Part shown: piece after piece, positions 12,003 to 23,400 of the stretch
How positions within the stretch are numbered: the stretch's first letter is position 1
Layout: each line of letters begins with the position of its first letter
From: Torpedo marmorata
Lineage: Eukaryota
Assembly: GCA_977017645.1 (NCBI GenBank)
Contig: OZ360242.1
Location: 18,166,001-18,230,000, forward strand
Reading direction: 5' to 3'
Length of the DNA stretch: 64,000 bases
Program-made: the position numbers and the translations under genes
The notes under the pieces: model-generated
What the model saw: the letters and a program-made list of their open reading frames with translations, nothing else
Database searches by the model: none
Told to the model about the DNA's origin: nothing

Positions 12003-12292
12003 CAAATTGTGGTAAACCACTATAGTATGTATATGTGTATTGTGGGCTGGGGCAAGTCTGATCATGACCTGTCTGTCTGTCCCGGTGACTCCTCCCCCTT
12101 TCCCCTGGAATAAAGGCCTTGAGCCATTGACTCCACCCACAGTTCCGGGACAGTCCAGCAGGGATCACCAGGTCAAAGTGTAGCTTAGCCCTGGCCTGAT
12201 TTCTGGTAATAAAAGCCTATTGATTCCCTGCACTTCCTGACTCGCGTTAGTCATTGATAGGTACATCAATTTTATTACCAGTTCTAAATCTG

Positions 12293-13753
12293 ATGGAGAA
12301 TTTTCTGAGGCCGGACAAGCTGGACATCGACCCCCTGGCCCAAGACGCCGCAAGTGACTTTGAACTCTGGCTACGCTGCTTCGTAGCCTTCCTGAGGTCG
12401 ACCAGAGCGGCTACCAACGAGGATAAACTCGACATCCTCATGTCTAGGGTAAGCAAACGGGTGTATAACACCGTCAGAGACTGTGAAACCTATGAGGATG
12501 CCTTGGGAGCCCTCCGAAGACTGTACCTGACGCCAGTGAACGAGGTTTACGCGAGGCACAGGTTATCACAACGGCGCCAGCGACCCGGAGAGTCGATCTC
12601 CGAGTATATCCAGGACGTGCAGCTCCTGGTGCGGGCGTGCGATTGCCGAGCCCTGACGGCCGAGCAACACGCTGAAATATTGGCAAGGGACACTATCATT
12701 ATGGGGCTCAGGTCGGTTTACATTCGCCAGCGATTGCTGGAACACGCCGACCTGACCCTGAAATCTACCGTCCGCACGGCCCTCACGCTGGAGTCGGCGC
12801 TCAGGAACGCTGACGCTATGCAGGCGCAGCCTGCCTCGTGGATCGCCCCAACCGCCAGCCCTGCAAGCGACGTGACTGCCGCTGCCGTCTACCGGGACCC
12901 GATCGCCGCCGCCGACGCTATCCGTGAGTTGGCCGCTGCCGCCGCTACCCGGGAGCCCGCCGCCATCCGTGAGTTAACCGCTGCCGCTGTTACCCGGGAG
13001 CCCGAGAAGTGTTACTTCTGCGGGCTCGACAAACACCCACGTAAGCGCTGCCCGGCCCAAGACGCGACTTGTTCTAGCTGCGGCAAGAAAGGCCACTACG
13101 CTAAGGCCTGCCGCTCCAATTCGCGTACGGGTCCGAGCAGCGCCGCGTGCGAAGTAAGGGAGCGGCCATCTTACCTGTCGTCACTTCCGGCGGTGACCTC
13201 GTGCGAGGAATGGAGGCGGCCATCTTGGCCTTCGGCATTTCCGGTATCGACACTTCCGGCACGGCCATTTTATAGCCTCGCCGCGGCACTTCCAGCACTT
13301 CCGGCGCCGCCATCTTGTAGCGACACGTGCGACCTACGGGAGCTGCCGTCAGCGTCGGATCAAGACGGCTCGTCGGATCAAGACTTCGTCCCGACCCTGG
13401 CATCCGTGACACTGGATCAGAGCGCGCCCCATCAGCTGTCCAGATCGATGATGGACATATTAGTTGAGGGGCATAAGACTACCTGCCTGTTCGACACAGG
13501 CAGCACTGAAAGTTTTGTTCATCCAGACACCGTCCAGCGCTGTGGCCTCACAATTGTACCGGTAAGCCAGAGGGTGGCCATGGCGTCTGGAACGCACACA
13601 ACAGACATCCGGGGGGGGTTGTGTGGCGAATATAGTGGTACAGGGCACGGAATATCGCGGGTTTTCATTGTTGGTCATGCCCCGTTTGTGTGCTCCTGTA
13701 TTGCTGGGACTGGACTTCCAAAGCCACCTGTGAAGCGTCACCATGCACTATGA
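12293..13753 (+). CDS. gag: Gag-protease of element 2 (goes out of frame at the G8 run 13611-13618)
   Basis: The first ATG downstream of the LTR is at 12293. Two zinc knuckles CYFCGLDKHPRKRC / CSSCGKKGHYAKAC. LFDTGS protease motif. Confidence 0.9.
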   Translation: MENFLRPDKLDIDPLAQDAASDFELWLRCFVAFLRSTRAATNEDKLDILMSRVSKRVYNTVRDCETYEDALGALRRLYLTPVNEVYARHRLSQRRQRPGESISEYIQDVQLLVRACDCRALTAEQHAEILARDTIIMGLRSVYIRQRLLEHADLTLKSTVRTALTLESALRNADAMQAQPASWIAPTASPASDVTAAAVYRDPIAAADAIRELAAAAATREPAAIRELTAAAVTREPEKCYFCGLDKHPRKRCPAQDATCSSCGKKGHYAKACRSNSRTGPSSAACEVRERPSYLSSLPAVTSCEEWRRPSWPSAFPVSTLPARPFYSLAAALPALPAPPSCSDTCDLRELPSASDQDGSSDQDFVPTLASVTLDQSAPHQLSRSMMDILVEGHKTTCLFDTGSTESFVHPDTVQRCGLTIVPVSQRVAMASGTHTTDIRGGLCGEYSGTGHGISRVFIVGHAPFVCSCIAGTGLPKPPVKRHHAL

Positions 13754-16241
13754 TGGGCCCCACCCTCCGATCGTAGTGACCAACCCCCAGTACTTGAATA
13801 ATACGCCCCAGACTACCTGTGATCTCTCCACGCTGAAGACCCAACCCCCGTCACTTTTCGCCAACCTGACCCCTGACTGTAAGCCTGTAGCAACTAAAAG
13901 TAGGCGATACAGTGCAGGGGACAGGGCATTCATTAAGGCGGAGGTGCATCGTCTACTGGGGGAAGGGATCATCGCACCAAGTAACAGCCCCTGGAGAGCA
14001 CAGGTAGTCGTAGTGAAGAACGGGGCTAAGAGCCGGATGGTGGTGGACTATAGCCAGACCATTAACCGGTTCACGCAACTGGATGCCTATCCGCTGCCAA
14101 GAATCGCGGATATGGTCAACCAGATTGCGCAGTACAAAATATTTTCCACCATCGATCTAAAGTCGGCTTACCACCAGCTTCCGATTCGCCGGGAAGACCG
14201 AGCATACACCGCTTTCGAGGCGGACGGCAGATTATTCCATTTTCTGCGCGTCCCCTTCGGGGTAACAAACGGGGTATCTGTGTTTCAACGGGAGATGGAC
14301 AGGATCATTGACCAGTTCAAACTCACTGCCACCTTCCCGTACCTGGACGACATCACCATTTGTGGTCATGATCGCCAGGATCACGATAGGAACCTTCGGA
14401 AGTTCCTACAGGCGGCCAAGACGCTGAACCTCACTTATAACAAGGAGAAATGCGTGTTCGGGACTACCCGACTCGCTATCCTGGGGTGCGTCGTGGAGAA
14501 CGGGGTGATTGGACCCGACCCCGACCGCATGCGCCCCCTGTTGGAACTTCCGATTCCCCACACCCCCAAAGCCCTTAAACGATGCCTCGGGTTCTTCTCG
14601 TATTATGCGCAGTGGGTCCCAAACTACGCGGACAAAGCCCGACCCCTCGTCAAATCCACCAAGTTTCCCCTGGCAGCGGAGGCACGTGAGGCCTTCGACC
14701 CCATAAAAGGGGACATCGCCCGAGCAGCGATGCACGCGGTGGACGAGTCGGTACCTTTTCAGGTGGAGAGTGACGCATCGGACTTCGCACTGGCTGCTAC
14801 CCTCAACCAGGCGGGAAGACCGGTAGCGTTTTTCTCCCGCACCCTTCAAGGCCCCGAAATTCGGCACTCCGCGGTAGAGAAAGAGGCCCAGGCCATAGTT
14901 GAAGCTATTCGGCACTGGAGGCATTATCTCGCCGGAAAACATTTTACCCTGCTGACGGACCAGCGCTCCGTCGCATTCATGTTTAACAACCAGCAGCGGG
15001 GTAAAATCAAGAATGATAAAATCATGAGGTGGAGAATAGAACTCTCCACCTACAATTACGACATCCTTTACCGGCCCGGGAAGCTCAACGAGCCCTCCGA
15101 CGCTCTATCCCGGGGATCGTGCGCCAGCGCGCAGATCGACCGAGTATACTCCCTACACAACGACCTCTGCCACCCAGGAGTCACCAGGCTGTTCCACTTC
15201 ATCAAAGCACGGAACCTGCCTTACTCCCTGGAAGAGGTCAGAACCATGACCAGCAGCTGCCGAGTCTGTGCGGAGTGCAAGCCGCAGTTCTACCGCCCCG
15301 ACAGAGCACAGCTGGTCAAGGCCACCCGCCCGTTCGAACGTCTCAGTATAGACTTCAAGGGCCCCCTTCCCTCCACGAACCGCAACGTGTACTTCCTTAA
15401 TATCATCGATGAGTACTCGCGGTTCCCCTTTGCCATCCCCTGCCCCGATACCTCGGCGGCTTCGGCTATCAAAGCCCTCCGCCAGGTATTCACCTTGTTC
15501 GGGTTCCCCAGCTATGTCCATAGCGATCGGGGATCCGCGTTCATGAGCGAGGAGCTGCGGCAGTACCTGCAGACCCGAGGCATCGCCACCAGTAGGACCA
15601 CGGGGTACAACCCGCGGGGGAACGGACAGGTGGAGAGGGAGAACGCCACTGTATGGACAGCTACACTACTGGCCCTGAAATCAAAAGGGTGGCCAGTGGC
15701 CCGCTGGCAGGAGGTTCTCCCGGACGCCCTCCACTCTATACGATCCCTGTTATGTACCGCCACTAACGCTACCCCTCACGAACGTCTTTTTTCCTTCCCT
15801 AGAAAATCGACCACCGGAACTACCCTCCCTGCCTGGCTGATGTCCCCGGGACCGGTGCTACTCCACAAACATCTTCGGAGTAGCAAGTACGAGCCCTTGG
15901 TCGAGAGGGTGCAGCTGACCCACGCGAACCCGCAGTACGCATTCGTTGTTTTCCCCGACGGCCGGGAAGACACGGTGTCAATACGGGACCTGGCGCCTGC
16001 AGGAGCGTCAGAAGAGGTCCCCGACAGCGGAGAAGCCGGGTCACAGCTGCCCCCTCCGCCTCATCCGCCCCCCAGCACGGCGGGTACAACGCCCCAGCCG
16101 GAGCTGGATGAGCCACAAGCCAGGCAGGAGGCAACCCAGACCCAGACCCACCCTACCCTCGTTCCACAGCCACAACCATCACCGCAGGTATTACGCAGGT
16201 CACAGCGGCGAGCCCGACCGCCGGATAGACTCAATCTGTAG
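13743..16241 (+). CDS. pol: RT-RNase H-integrase of element 2 (intact reading frame, no chromodomain)
   Basis: YLDD, ESDASD, EKEAQAIV, H..LCHPG...CRVC, SDRGSAF, GNGQVER. Confidence 0.95.
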   Translation: MHYDGPHPPIVVTNPQYLNNTPQTTCDLSTLKTQPPSLFANLTPDCKPVATKSRRYSAGDRAFIKAEVHRLLGEGIIAPSNSPWRAQVVVVKNGAKSRMVVDYSQTINRFTQLDAYPLPRIADMVNQIAQYKIFSTIDLKSAYHQLPIRREDRAYTAFEADGRLFHFLRVPFGVTNGVSVFQREMDRIIDQFKLTATFPYLDDITICGHDRQDHDRNLRKFLQAAKTLNLTYNKEKCVFGTTRLAILGCVVENGVIGPDPDRMRPLLELPIPHTPKALKRCLGFFSYYAQWVPNYADKARPLVKSTKFPLAAEAREAFDPIKGDIARAAMHAVDESVPFQVESDASDFALAATLNQAGRPVAFFSRTLQGPEIRHSAVEKEAQAIVEAIRHWRHYLAGKHFTLLTDQRSVAFMFNNQQRGKIKNDKIMRWRIELSTYNYDILYRPGKLNEPSDALSRGSCASAQIDRVYSLHNDLCHPGVTRLFHFIKARNLPYSLEEVRTMTSSCRVCAECKPQFYRPDRAQLVKATRPFERLSIDFKGPLPSTNRNVYFLNIIDEYSRFPFAIPCPDTSAASAIKALRQVFTLFGFPSYVHSDRGSAFMSEELRQYLQTRGIATSRTTGYNPRGNGQVERENATVWTATLLALKSKGWPVARWQEVLPDALHSIRSLLCTATNATPHERLFSFPRKSTTGTTLPAWLMSPGPVLLHKHLRSSKYEPLVERVQLTHANPQYAFVVFPDGREDTVSIRDLAPAGASEEVPDSGEAGSQLPPPPHPPPSTAGTTPQPELDEPQARQEATQTQTHPTLVPQPQPSPQVLRRSQRRARPPDRLNL

Positions 16242-16626
16242 ATGTGATGGTGACTATGTAAATAATTTGTGTATATTTGTGTGATTTGTGTATCTTTAAT
16301 TACGGTAACCACTTCACCCCCCCCCCCCCCCGTCGGACTTGTTCTAAAAGAAGGGGTGAATGTGGTAAACCACTATAGTATGTATATGTGTATTGTGGGC
16401 TGGGGCAAGTCTGATCATGACCTGTCTGTCTGTCCCGGTGACTCCTCCCCCTTTCCCCTGGAATAAAGGCCTTGAGCCATTGACTCCACCCACAGTTCCG
16501 GGACAGTCCAGCAGGGATCACCAGGTCAAAGTGTAGCTTAGCCCTGGCCTGATTTCTGGTAATAAAAGCCTATTGATTCCCTGCACTTCCTGACTCGCGT
16601 TAGTCATTGATAGGTACATCACAAAT

Positions 16627-17210
16627 CTAAAAAGTTCTGCCTCATGATGGAAGGGCCATCATTGATGAAGCAGCTGAAGATAGTTGACCCTGGGGAAATC
16701 AAGTAGTGATTTCCTGGGGCTGGGATGATCAAACCAACAATTATGACCATCATTCTTTGTGCATGTTACGACTGCAATCATTGGAATGTTTTCTCATTGA
16801 AGCTCATTGACTTTGCTGTCACCAGAGCTCCTTGTTGCCACTCTTAGTCAAATGCTGCCTTGATGTCAAGGGCAGTCACTCTCATCTCTTCTCTGGAACT
16901 CCACTCTTTGGTTCATGTTTGGACCATGAATACAATAAGGACTCATGAAACCCAAAATAGGCAGTGGTGAGCGGCTTATTGTTGAGTGTAGGTGCTACTT
17001 GACAGCACTGTCAATAATACCATCCATCATTTTTCTGATGGTTGACAGTAGGATGGTTGAGTGGTATTTAGCTGTATTAAATTTCCCCTGTTTTTTGTGG
17101 AGACAGATTGTCATATGGATGTCAGTATTAAAACTGTTCTGGAACAGTTTAATTAGAGATACAACTAGTTCTGGAGCACAGGTCTACAGTGCTGCAGACC
17201 TGTCCCATGG
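16627..17210 (-). mobile_element. Degenerate LINE reverse-transcriptase fragment (host of element 2)
   Basis: Minus strand around 16845-16885 encodes VTALDIKAAFD, a non-LTR RT motif. Confidence 0.65.
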
Positions 17211-17944
17211 TATATAGAACCAGCAAAACATCCTTTGCTGTGTATACAGGATAGAATTTGTGAGCTGTAGAAATCATGTTGAGTTGTTCGATCCTGATAT
17301 TTTGCTCCTCCTTTCCATCCTTCTCTAAGTATGAATGATGACTGAGAGTGATAATGAGGACCTGGAAGCAGCAGTAAAGTTGGGCAACACACCATGAACA
17401 ACTTTTTAATGGAAACCCTGGTAAGCTTTCCATATTAAAGACAAGAAATTTATTTTTCCCATTTCTTTCATCTTCTCAGGGTCATAGCTTGATTGCATTG
17501 GGGTTCACAAGCCTTGAGTATGACTGGTACCTGATCCAAAGTGACTACTTATCTCTTCTGACTCTTGCCTATTTATCAACTGTATGAAATAGGCACTAAT
17601 CTGCACACGTTGATCAGCCTGTGCAATAAAAAAACTGTACACAAGTGAATATTGCAAGCTGCATATTCTAAGATGCAGGACTACTTGTGGAGAGTCACTC
17701 TAAAGTTTTGAGGAGCTACCTCAAAAGCTTTAAGCAGATCCATCTTTTAGGGGCTTCCCACAACTGCACATTAAGAGAAAAGGAAAATCAAAATTCTCAG
17801 ACTTATTGCTCATGGAATGTATGTGGAGGAAAATTAAAATCATGCTACTATATGAAACCTTGTAAGTAAATGGAACAATTGATCGTATATTAGGACCTGA
17901 TTAAAAATGAGCAATTTTTATGAATAACATATATTTTTGGATGT

Positions 17945-18085
17945 AAAACACGAAAATCTGTGGACACCGTGGTTGAAGTAAAAAACACAAATGCTGGAGA
18001 AACTCAGCAGGTCAAACAGTGTCTTTTATGTAGCAAAGGTAGAAATACATAACCGACGTTTCGGGCTTGAGCCCTTCATCAAAGT
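17945..18085 (-). mobile_element. Penelope-like terminal-repeat derivative with a hammerhead-like core
   Basis: Minus strand reads TTGATGA-A-GGGC-TCAA-GCCC-GAAACGTCGG. A partial copy lies at 54695-54765. Confidence 0.55.
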
Positions 18086-19240
18086 ATATATTTTTGGATG
18101 TAGCATCCCAATTGTTGTCCAAGGCCACTCACTATTGTTCAAGGAGATCAGAATTTGTCCTTCAGCCTTCAACACTCTGACATCTTGTTTGAAAGAAAAT
18201 GGATTAATGATTTAGTTAACATGAAATTCCTGTTTGCCTCTTTTGAAATGTTTTGTTCATCATTTTGTCTATCAATAAACTTTGGCAAATTTATGCAATA
18301 TTTTGGAAAAAATTTTGACGTCAAGGCTTAATATGAAGAATTAAAGTATCTGTGATTAATTCCATGGAAACTAAGGTAACATGATTTTATCAGCAATTGA
18401 TATCTGTAATGACGTATGTTCTGTGGTGAATATTTGTTGTGTTTAAATAAAATCAAAAAACACTAATTTATCATATCCTGACAAGTGTGGACATTACTCA
18501 TCACAATGCTAAGTGTGGACATTTAGAGGTTAAAGTGTTGAATGCTGTCACTGCGGGCTAATGAGAAGGTGACAGTTCATATAAATAAGGGCAAATAAAG
18601 AATCCTCACAGCAGCGCATTCTTCAGAAGTGACAATTTTTCCATTGGATGCACCTGACTTGAATCACCATTTCACAGACCCAATCAGAGGGACACATTGA
18701 TAGCCAAGATTTTTGAGCTGCTTTGGGAAGAGAACTGTCTTTCCTGAATAAAATGGGAAAGAAATGTAGACTTGCAATGATTTTCCAATTGCTAAGTGGA
18801 TGAAAGAAGTTCACTGAAAGTAATGAAGACCAGCAGGTTTGCATTATATATTTTCCAATATTGGCACATTTTCAAAGGATCCAGTATATTTTAAAGTATA
18901 GTCACAGCAGGAAACATGCAGCACAGCAAGCTCCAAAAACCATAATAATTGTATGGAATAAATGGGATAATCTACTTATTGTAATATCAATTATGGCACA
19001 ATGATTTGCAAATCATCAGGATAACCCCTCTGTTCTTCTTCAAAATGGTGCCATGGGATCTTTTACATCCACCTGAAAACGTAGATGGTGCCTCAGTTTA
19101 ACACCTCATCTGAAATACAGCACTTCAAACAATGCAATTTCGCCCCCCCCCCCTGCCCCGTACTGCTGCTGCAGATTGAACTGAGAAACTATTACCCTGT
19201 GTACAATTCATTATCCTATGAGTCACCACTTGCTAGATAA

Positions 19241-19244
<4 letters not shown>

Positions 19245-19271
<27 letters not shown>
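19245..19271. repeat. (GT)n microsatellite
   Basis: Seen directly. Confidence 0.95.
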
Positions 19272-20488
19272 CGCACATTTAGGAAAGTATGAGATTAGCT
19301 TTGCCATTTTTCATGACAAAATCGTCCTCCAAAATCACACCAAAGGTGAAACACCAGACAGCTTATGCAGCCTGCAGAAAGGGTACAAGGAAGGAGAATG
19401 TAAGGTAAAAATAATTTGGTTAACTGAACACACATCTGCCTTTAAATCTTTCTAACATTTTACTGTGGTATCAACCTAAATGTTTAGGTCTAGGTTTTAG
19501 ACCTGAGTTATTATGCCTGATATGGCTGTCTGAGTCTTGGCCATGTGTCCTGAAATTGGAAGGGGCAGTCTTTGATTTTGCTCCACATTCCAGCATCTGC
19601 AGTCACTTGTGTCTCCAGTCTTTGACGATATTTTTGTTGTTGAATTACCCTTGCAAAAGATAAAGTCCAATGACATATTTATGAGTTTATGTACATGTAT
19701 GTTCCTGAGAGCTACAATTATGATACCATGTAAATTTTTAAAAGTGCCAAGCATAAATGCCTTGTAAATTTGTTCGTAGTTAATTACTGCCAGGTTCACT
19801 TGAATGGGTAGCAGTCATTGTTCAGTACACGTCTCTACATGTAGCTGACTAGAAAAGACTGTAATAACCTACCTCTCCCACAACAAACTGAACTTGCTTA
19901 GGCTTAAGTAATAAATGCTTGCAATTTGCAGACAATTTTATCATCCATTCCTAGCCACAAAGTTCTGTAGGTTGGAGCGATGACTAAAATTATTGATCAT
20001 CTGTATGAGAAAGCAACGGATGTTGTTAATATTAATTTGGTCAAAATTCAGCAGTTAAAAAGGAAGCACAAATGGAGAGTTCATATCTAAAGCAAGTGAT
20101 CACAAGCTTTGTTCATTAAATCAACAGATCCATTATTTACAATTTTACAACAAATACAGGAGCAAAACCCTTTGGGGGGTTTTCCCCACAACTATTATGC
20201 CATAATTCTTCCCAATTTATTGAAAACCTGGATGCTAGATTTACTTCTTTATACTGAATATAAGCAGGTCAAAATGGCAATCAAGTTTTGGGAAATGCAA
20301 TCCCTGCCTTGCCCTTCTCAATTATATAGCTGTCCTTACATGACTTTGGGCTGTACCACTGAGGAAAGGCCGTTTATCAAGGAAAAGAGACGGCAGCTGC
20401 TGGAATCAAGCAAAAAACAATCTGCTGGAGGAACTCAGCAAGTCAGGCAGCATCTATGAAGGTAAAGAGACAGTCAAAGTTTTGAGTC

Positions 20489-23400
20489 TGGCAATTAAAG
20501 AAAGAACAAACTTCTAGAACTATAACGGCTATAAAAAGGAATTCTAAGAAAATAACTTATAAACCGCGAGAAATAAATGATTCTTTCAAGGATTTTTATT
20601 TAAATTTATATAAATCTCAAACTGATAAAGATGATTCTAAAATTAATGAATTTTTATCCAAAATTAAGATGCCGAGGTTAAATATTCATAGTAAAGAATT
20701 TTTAGATTCACCATTTACGATGAGAGAAGTTAATGAGGTTCTTAGTTCTTTAACTAGTGGAAAATCACCAGGGGAGGATGGTTTCCCATCAGAATTTTTA
20801 TAAGGAATTTAAGGATTTATTGATACGTCCTTATATGGAGGTGTTAAAACAAATAACGGAAACTCATTCTCTACTGGAAACTTTTTCAAATGCAATAATA
20901 ACAGTTATACCTAAAAAAGATAGAGATTTGTTGAAAACAGAATCATATAGACCAATTTTGTTGCTAAATGTGGACTATAAGATAATTGCGAAAATTTTAG
21001 CAAATAGAGTGGCTAAATATTTACCAGATTTAATTCATGTAGATCAAGCAGGTTTTATTAAGAACAGATATTCAAAAGATAATATAGCTAGATTAATTAG
21101 TTTAACAAATGTGGCACAAAAGAGAGAGGAATTAGTGTTAGTATTAACATTACATGCCGAAAAGGCTTTTGATAGATTAGAGTGGAATTATTTATTTAAG
21201 GTACTGGAAAAATTTGGTTTTGGAACTACATTTATTAATTGGATTAAAACTATATATAAAGAACCATCTGCTAGAGTGGTCACAAATGGACAAATTTCTT
21301 CAAAATTTTCTTTGACTAGGTCAACCAGACAAGGTTGTCCTTTGTCGCCAGCATTGTTTATTTTAGCAATAGAACCTTTAGCAGAATTAATTAGACAGGA
21401 TATTAAGATTGCAGGTATTAAAGTTGGTAATGAAGAGCATAAAATTAGTTTATTTGCAGATGACATATTGATTTATATGACAAAACCTATTACTTCTTTA
21501 ATGCAATTGACTGTTTTATTGAGAGAATATGGAGAAATATCTGGTTATAATATTAATTCTGATAAAAGTGAAATTATGGCATTAACACAAGGGGATTATA
21601 GTAAATGTAAAGAAATTACACAATTTAAGTGGTCAAAGGAAGGAATTAAATATTTGGGAATAAAGATTGATACAAAATTAACTAATCTATATAAATTAAA
21701 TTATCTACCATTATTTATGAATATTAAAAAGGATTTAGAAAGTTGGAAGGATTTACCTATAACTTTAATGGGAAGGGTAAATTGTATTAAAATGAATGTT
21801 TTTCCGAGAATTCAATATCTTTTTCAATCAATTCCTTATGAAATCCCTCAAAAATTCTTTAAAGATTTAAATTTAATTATTAGGAAATTCTTGTGGAAAG
21901 GAAAGTTGGCTAGGGTAGGTATGGAGAAATTAACTTGGAATTATGAAATAGGTGGTTTACAACTTCCTAATTTTCAATATTATTATAAAGCAGCCCAATT
22001 AAAATTTATTAATGAAATGTTTGATTTAGGAAAATCTTCTGCTTGGATTAGAATAGAATTAAATAATATAGGAGAAGATTTGAAAGAAGGAGTTATTTAT
22101 AAATGGAATTCTAAATTATTATTAACAAGAGGGAAAAATTCTCCTATTTTTAGACATTTGTTAGAAATATGGAATGTACAGATATATTTTCACTTGTTCT
22201 TTTCCCTTCTCTTTTCTTTTTTTAGTTCTAGTATGGGGAGGGGATAAGGGATGGGAAGGGTGGAGGGTGGGTTGTTTTAGCGAGGGTGGACTTAGATGGG
22301 GTTAGATTCATGGTAATACGAAATTCCTATGTATCGTACTTAACTAATGTTTACTGTGTATTTTACATTATTTTGTATTATTGTGAAAAATTTGAAAATC
22401 TTAAAATAAAATATTTTAAAAAATAAAAAAAAAGAAATATGGAATCGAGTGGATAGAGAGATAGGAGCGAAAGGGTCAATTTCTCGAAAAATGCATCTGT
22501 ATCAAAATAAACTTATTCCATTTACTGTTGATAATCAATTATTTAAAATTTGGTTCCAAAAGGGAATTAAGAAAATAAATGATTGTTTTGAAGCTAGTAA
22601 ATTTATTACTTTTCAAAGAATGAAAGATAAGTTTAATGTATCAAATAATACACTTTTTGCTTATTATCAAATTAGAGGATTTTTAGTTGAAAGGTTGGGC
22701 TATAGTTTGATTTTATCAAGACAGAGTGAATTGGAATTATTAGTTACTAATGGAGTTGTAAATACATTTATTTCTCAAATGTATAGATTGTTACAGAGGA
22801 AAATACCTAAAGCAGGAATTCATAAATCAAGATTAAATTGGGAATCAGATTTGAATGTAACAATAGATGAAGAACATTGGAAAGAATTATGTAAACAAAG
22901 TATGACGAAGATTATTAATGTTAGATATAGATTAGTGCAATATAATTTTTTTCATCAATTATATTTAACACCTAAAAAATTAAAGAAATGTAATCTGACA
23001 TTATCCGGTTTATGTTTTAGATGTAATAGAGAGGAAGGTTCTTTTGTACATTCTACATGGTTTTGTCCAAAAGTATATGATTTTTGGTTGAAAGTTAAAA
23101 AGTTTTTAGATAAAGCATTAAGAATTACACTCCCAATGAATCCAATGATATTTTTGTTTGGAGATATTAAAAGAATTAGTGTTAAGATTAAATTAAATAT
23201 GTATCAAATAGAATTTTTACGTATTGCTTTAGTTGTTTCTAAGAAATGCATTGCTATTACATGGAAATCTGATGTAGATTTAGGGTTAGAAAGATGGCAT
23301 GCAGAACTTCGTTCATGTATACCACTTGAAAAAATTACTTATAATTTACGTAATAAATATCATTTCTATTTGAAAATATGGAGCCCATATATAAAAACTG

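Larger units (their letters stand above)
12008..16621 (+). mobile_element. Ty3/Gypsy (Mag-like) LTR retrotransposon 'element 2', very recent insertion
   Basis: 261-bp LTRs at 12008-12268 and 16361-16621 read as identical. TG...CA ends. 5-bp TSD CAAAT (12003-12007, 16622-16626). PPT AAAAGAAGGGGTGAA directly before the 3' LTR. Confidence 0.98.

Noticed and set aside
12254-12292. ORF-track start for gag inside the LTR
   Set aside because: Non-ATG start within U5. The ATG at 12293 matches the gag start of element 1.
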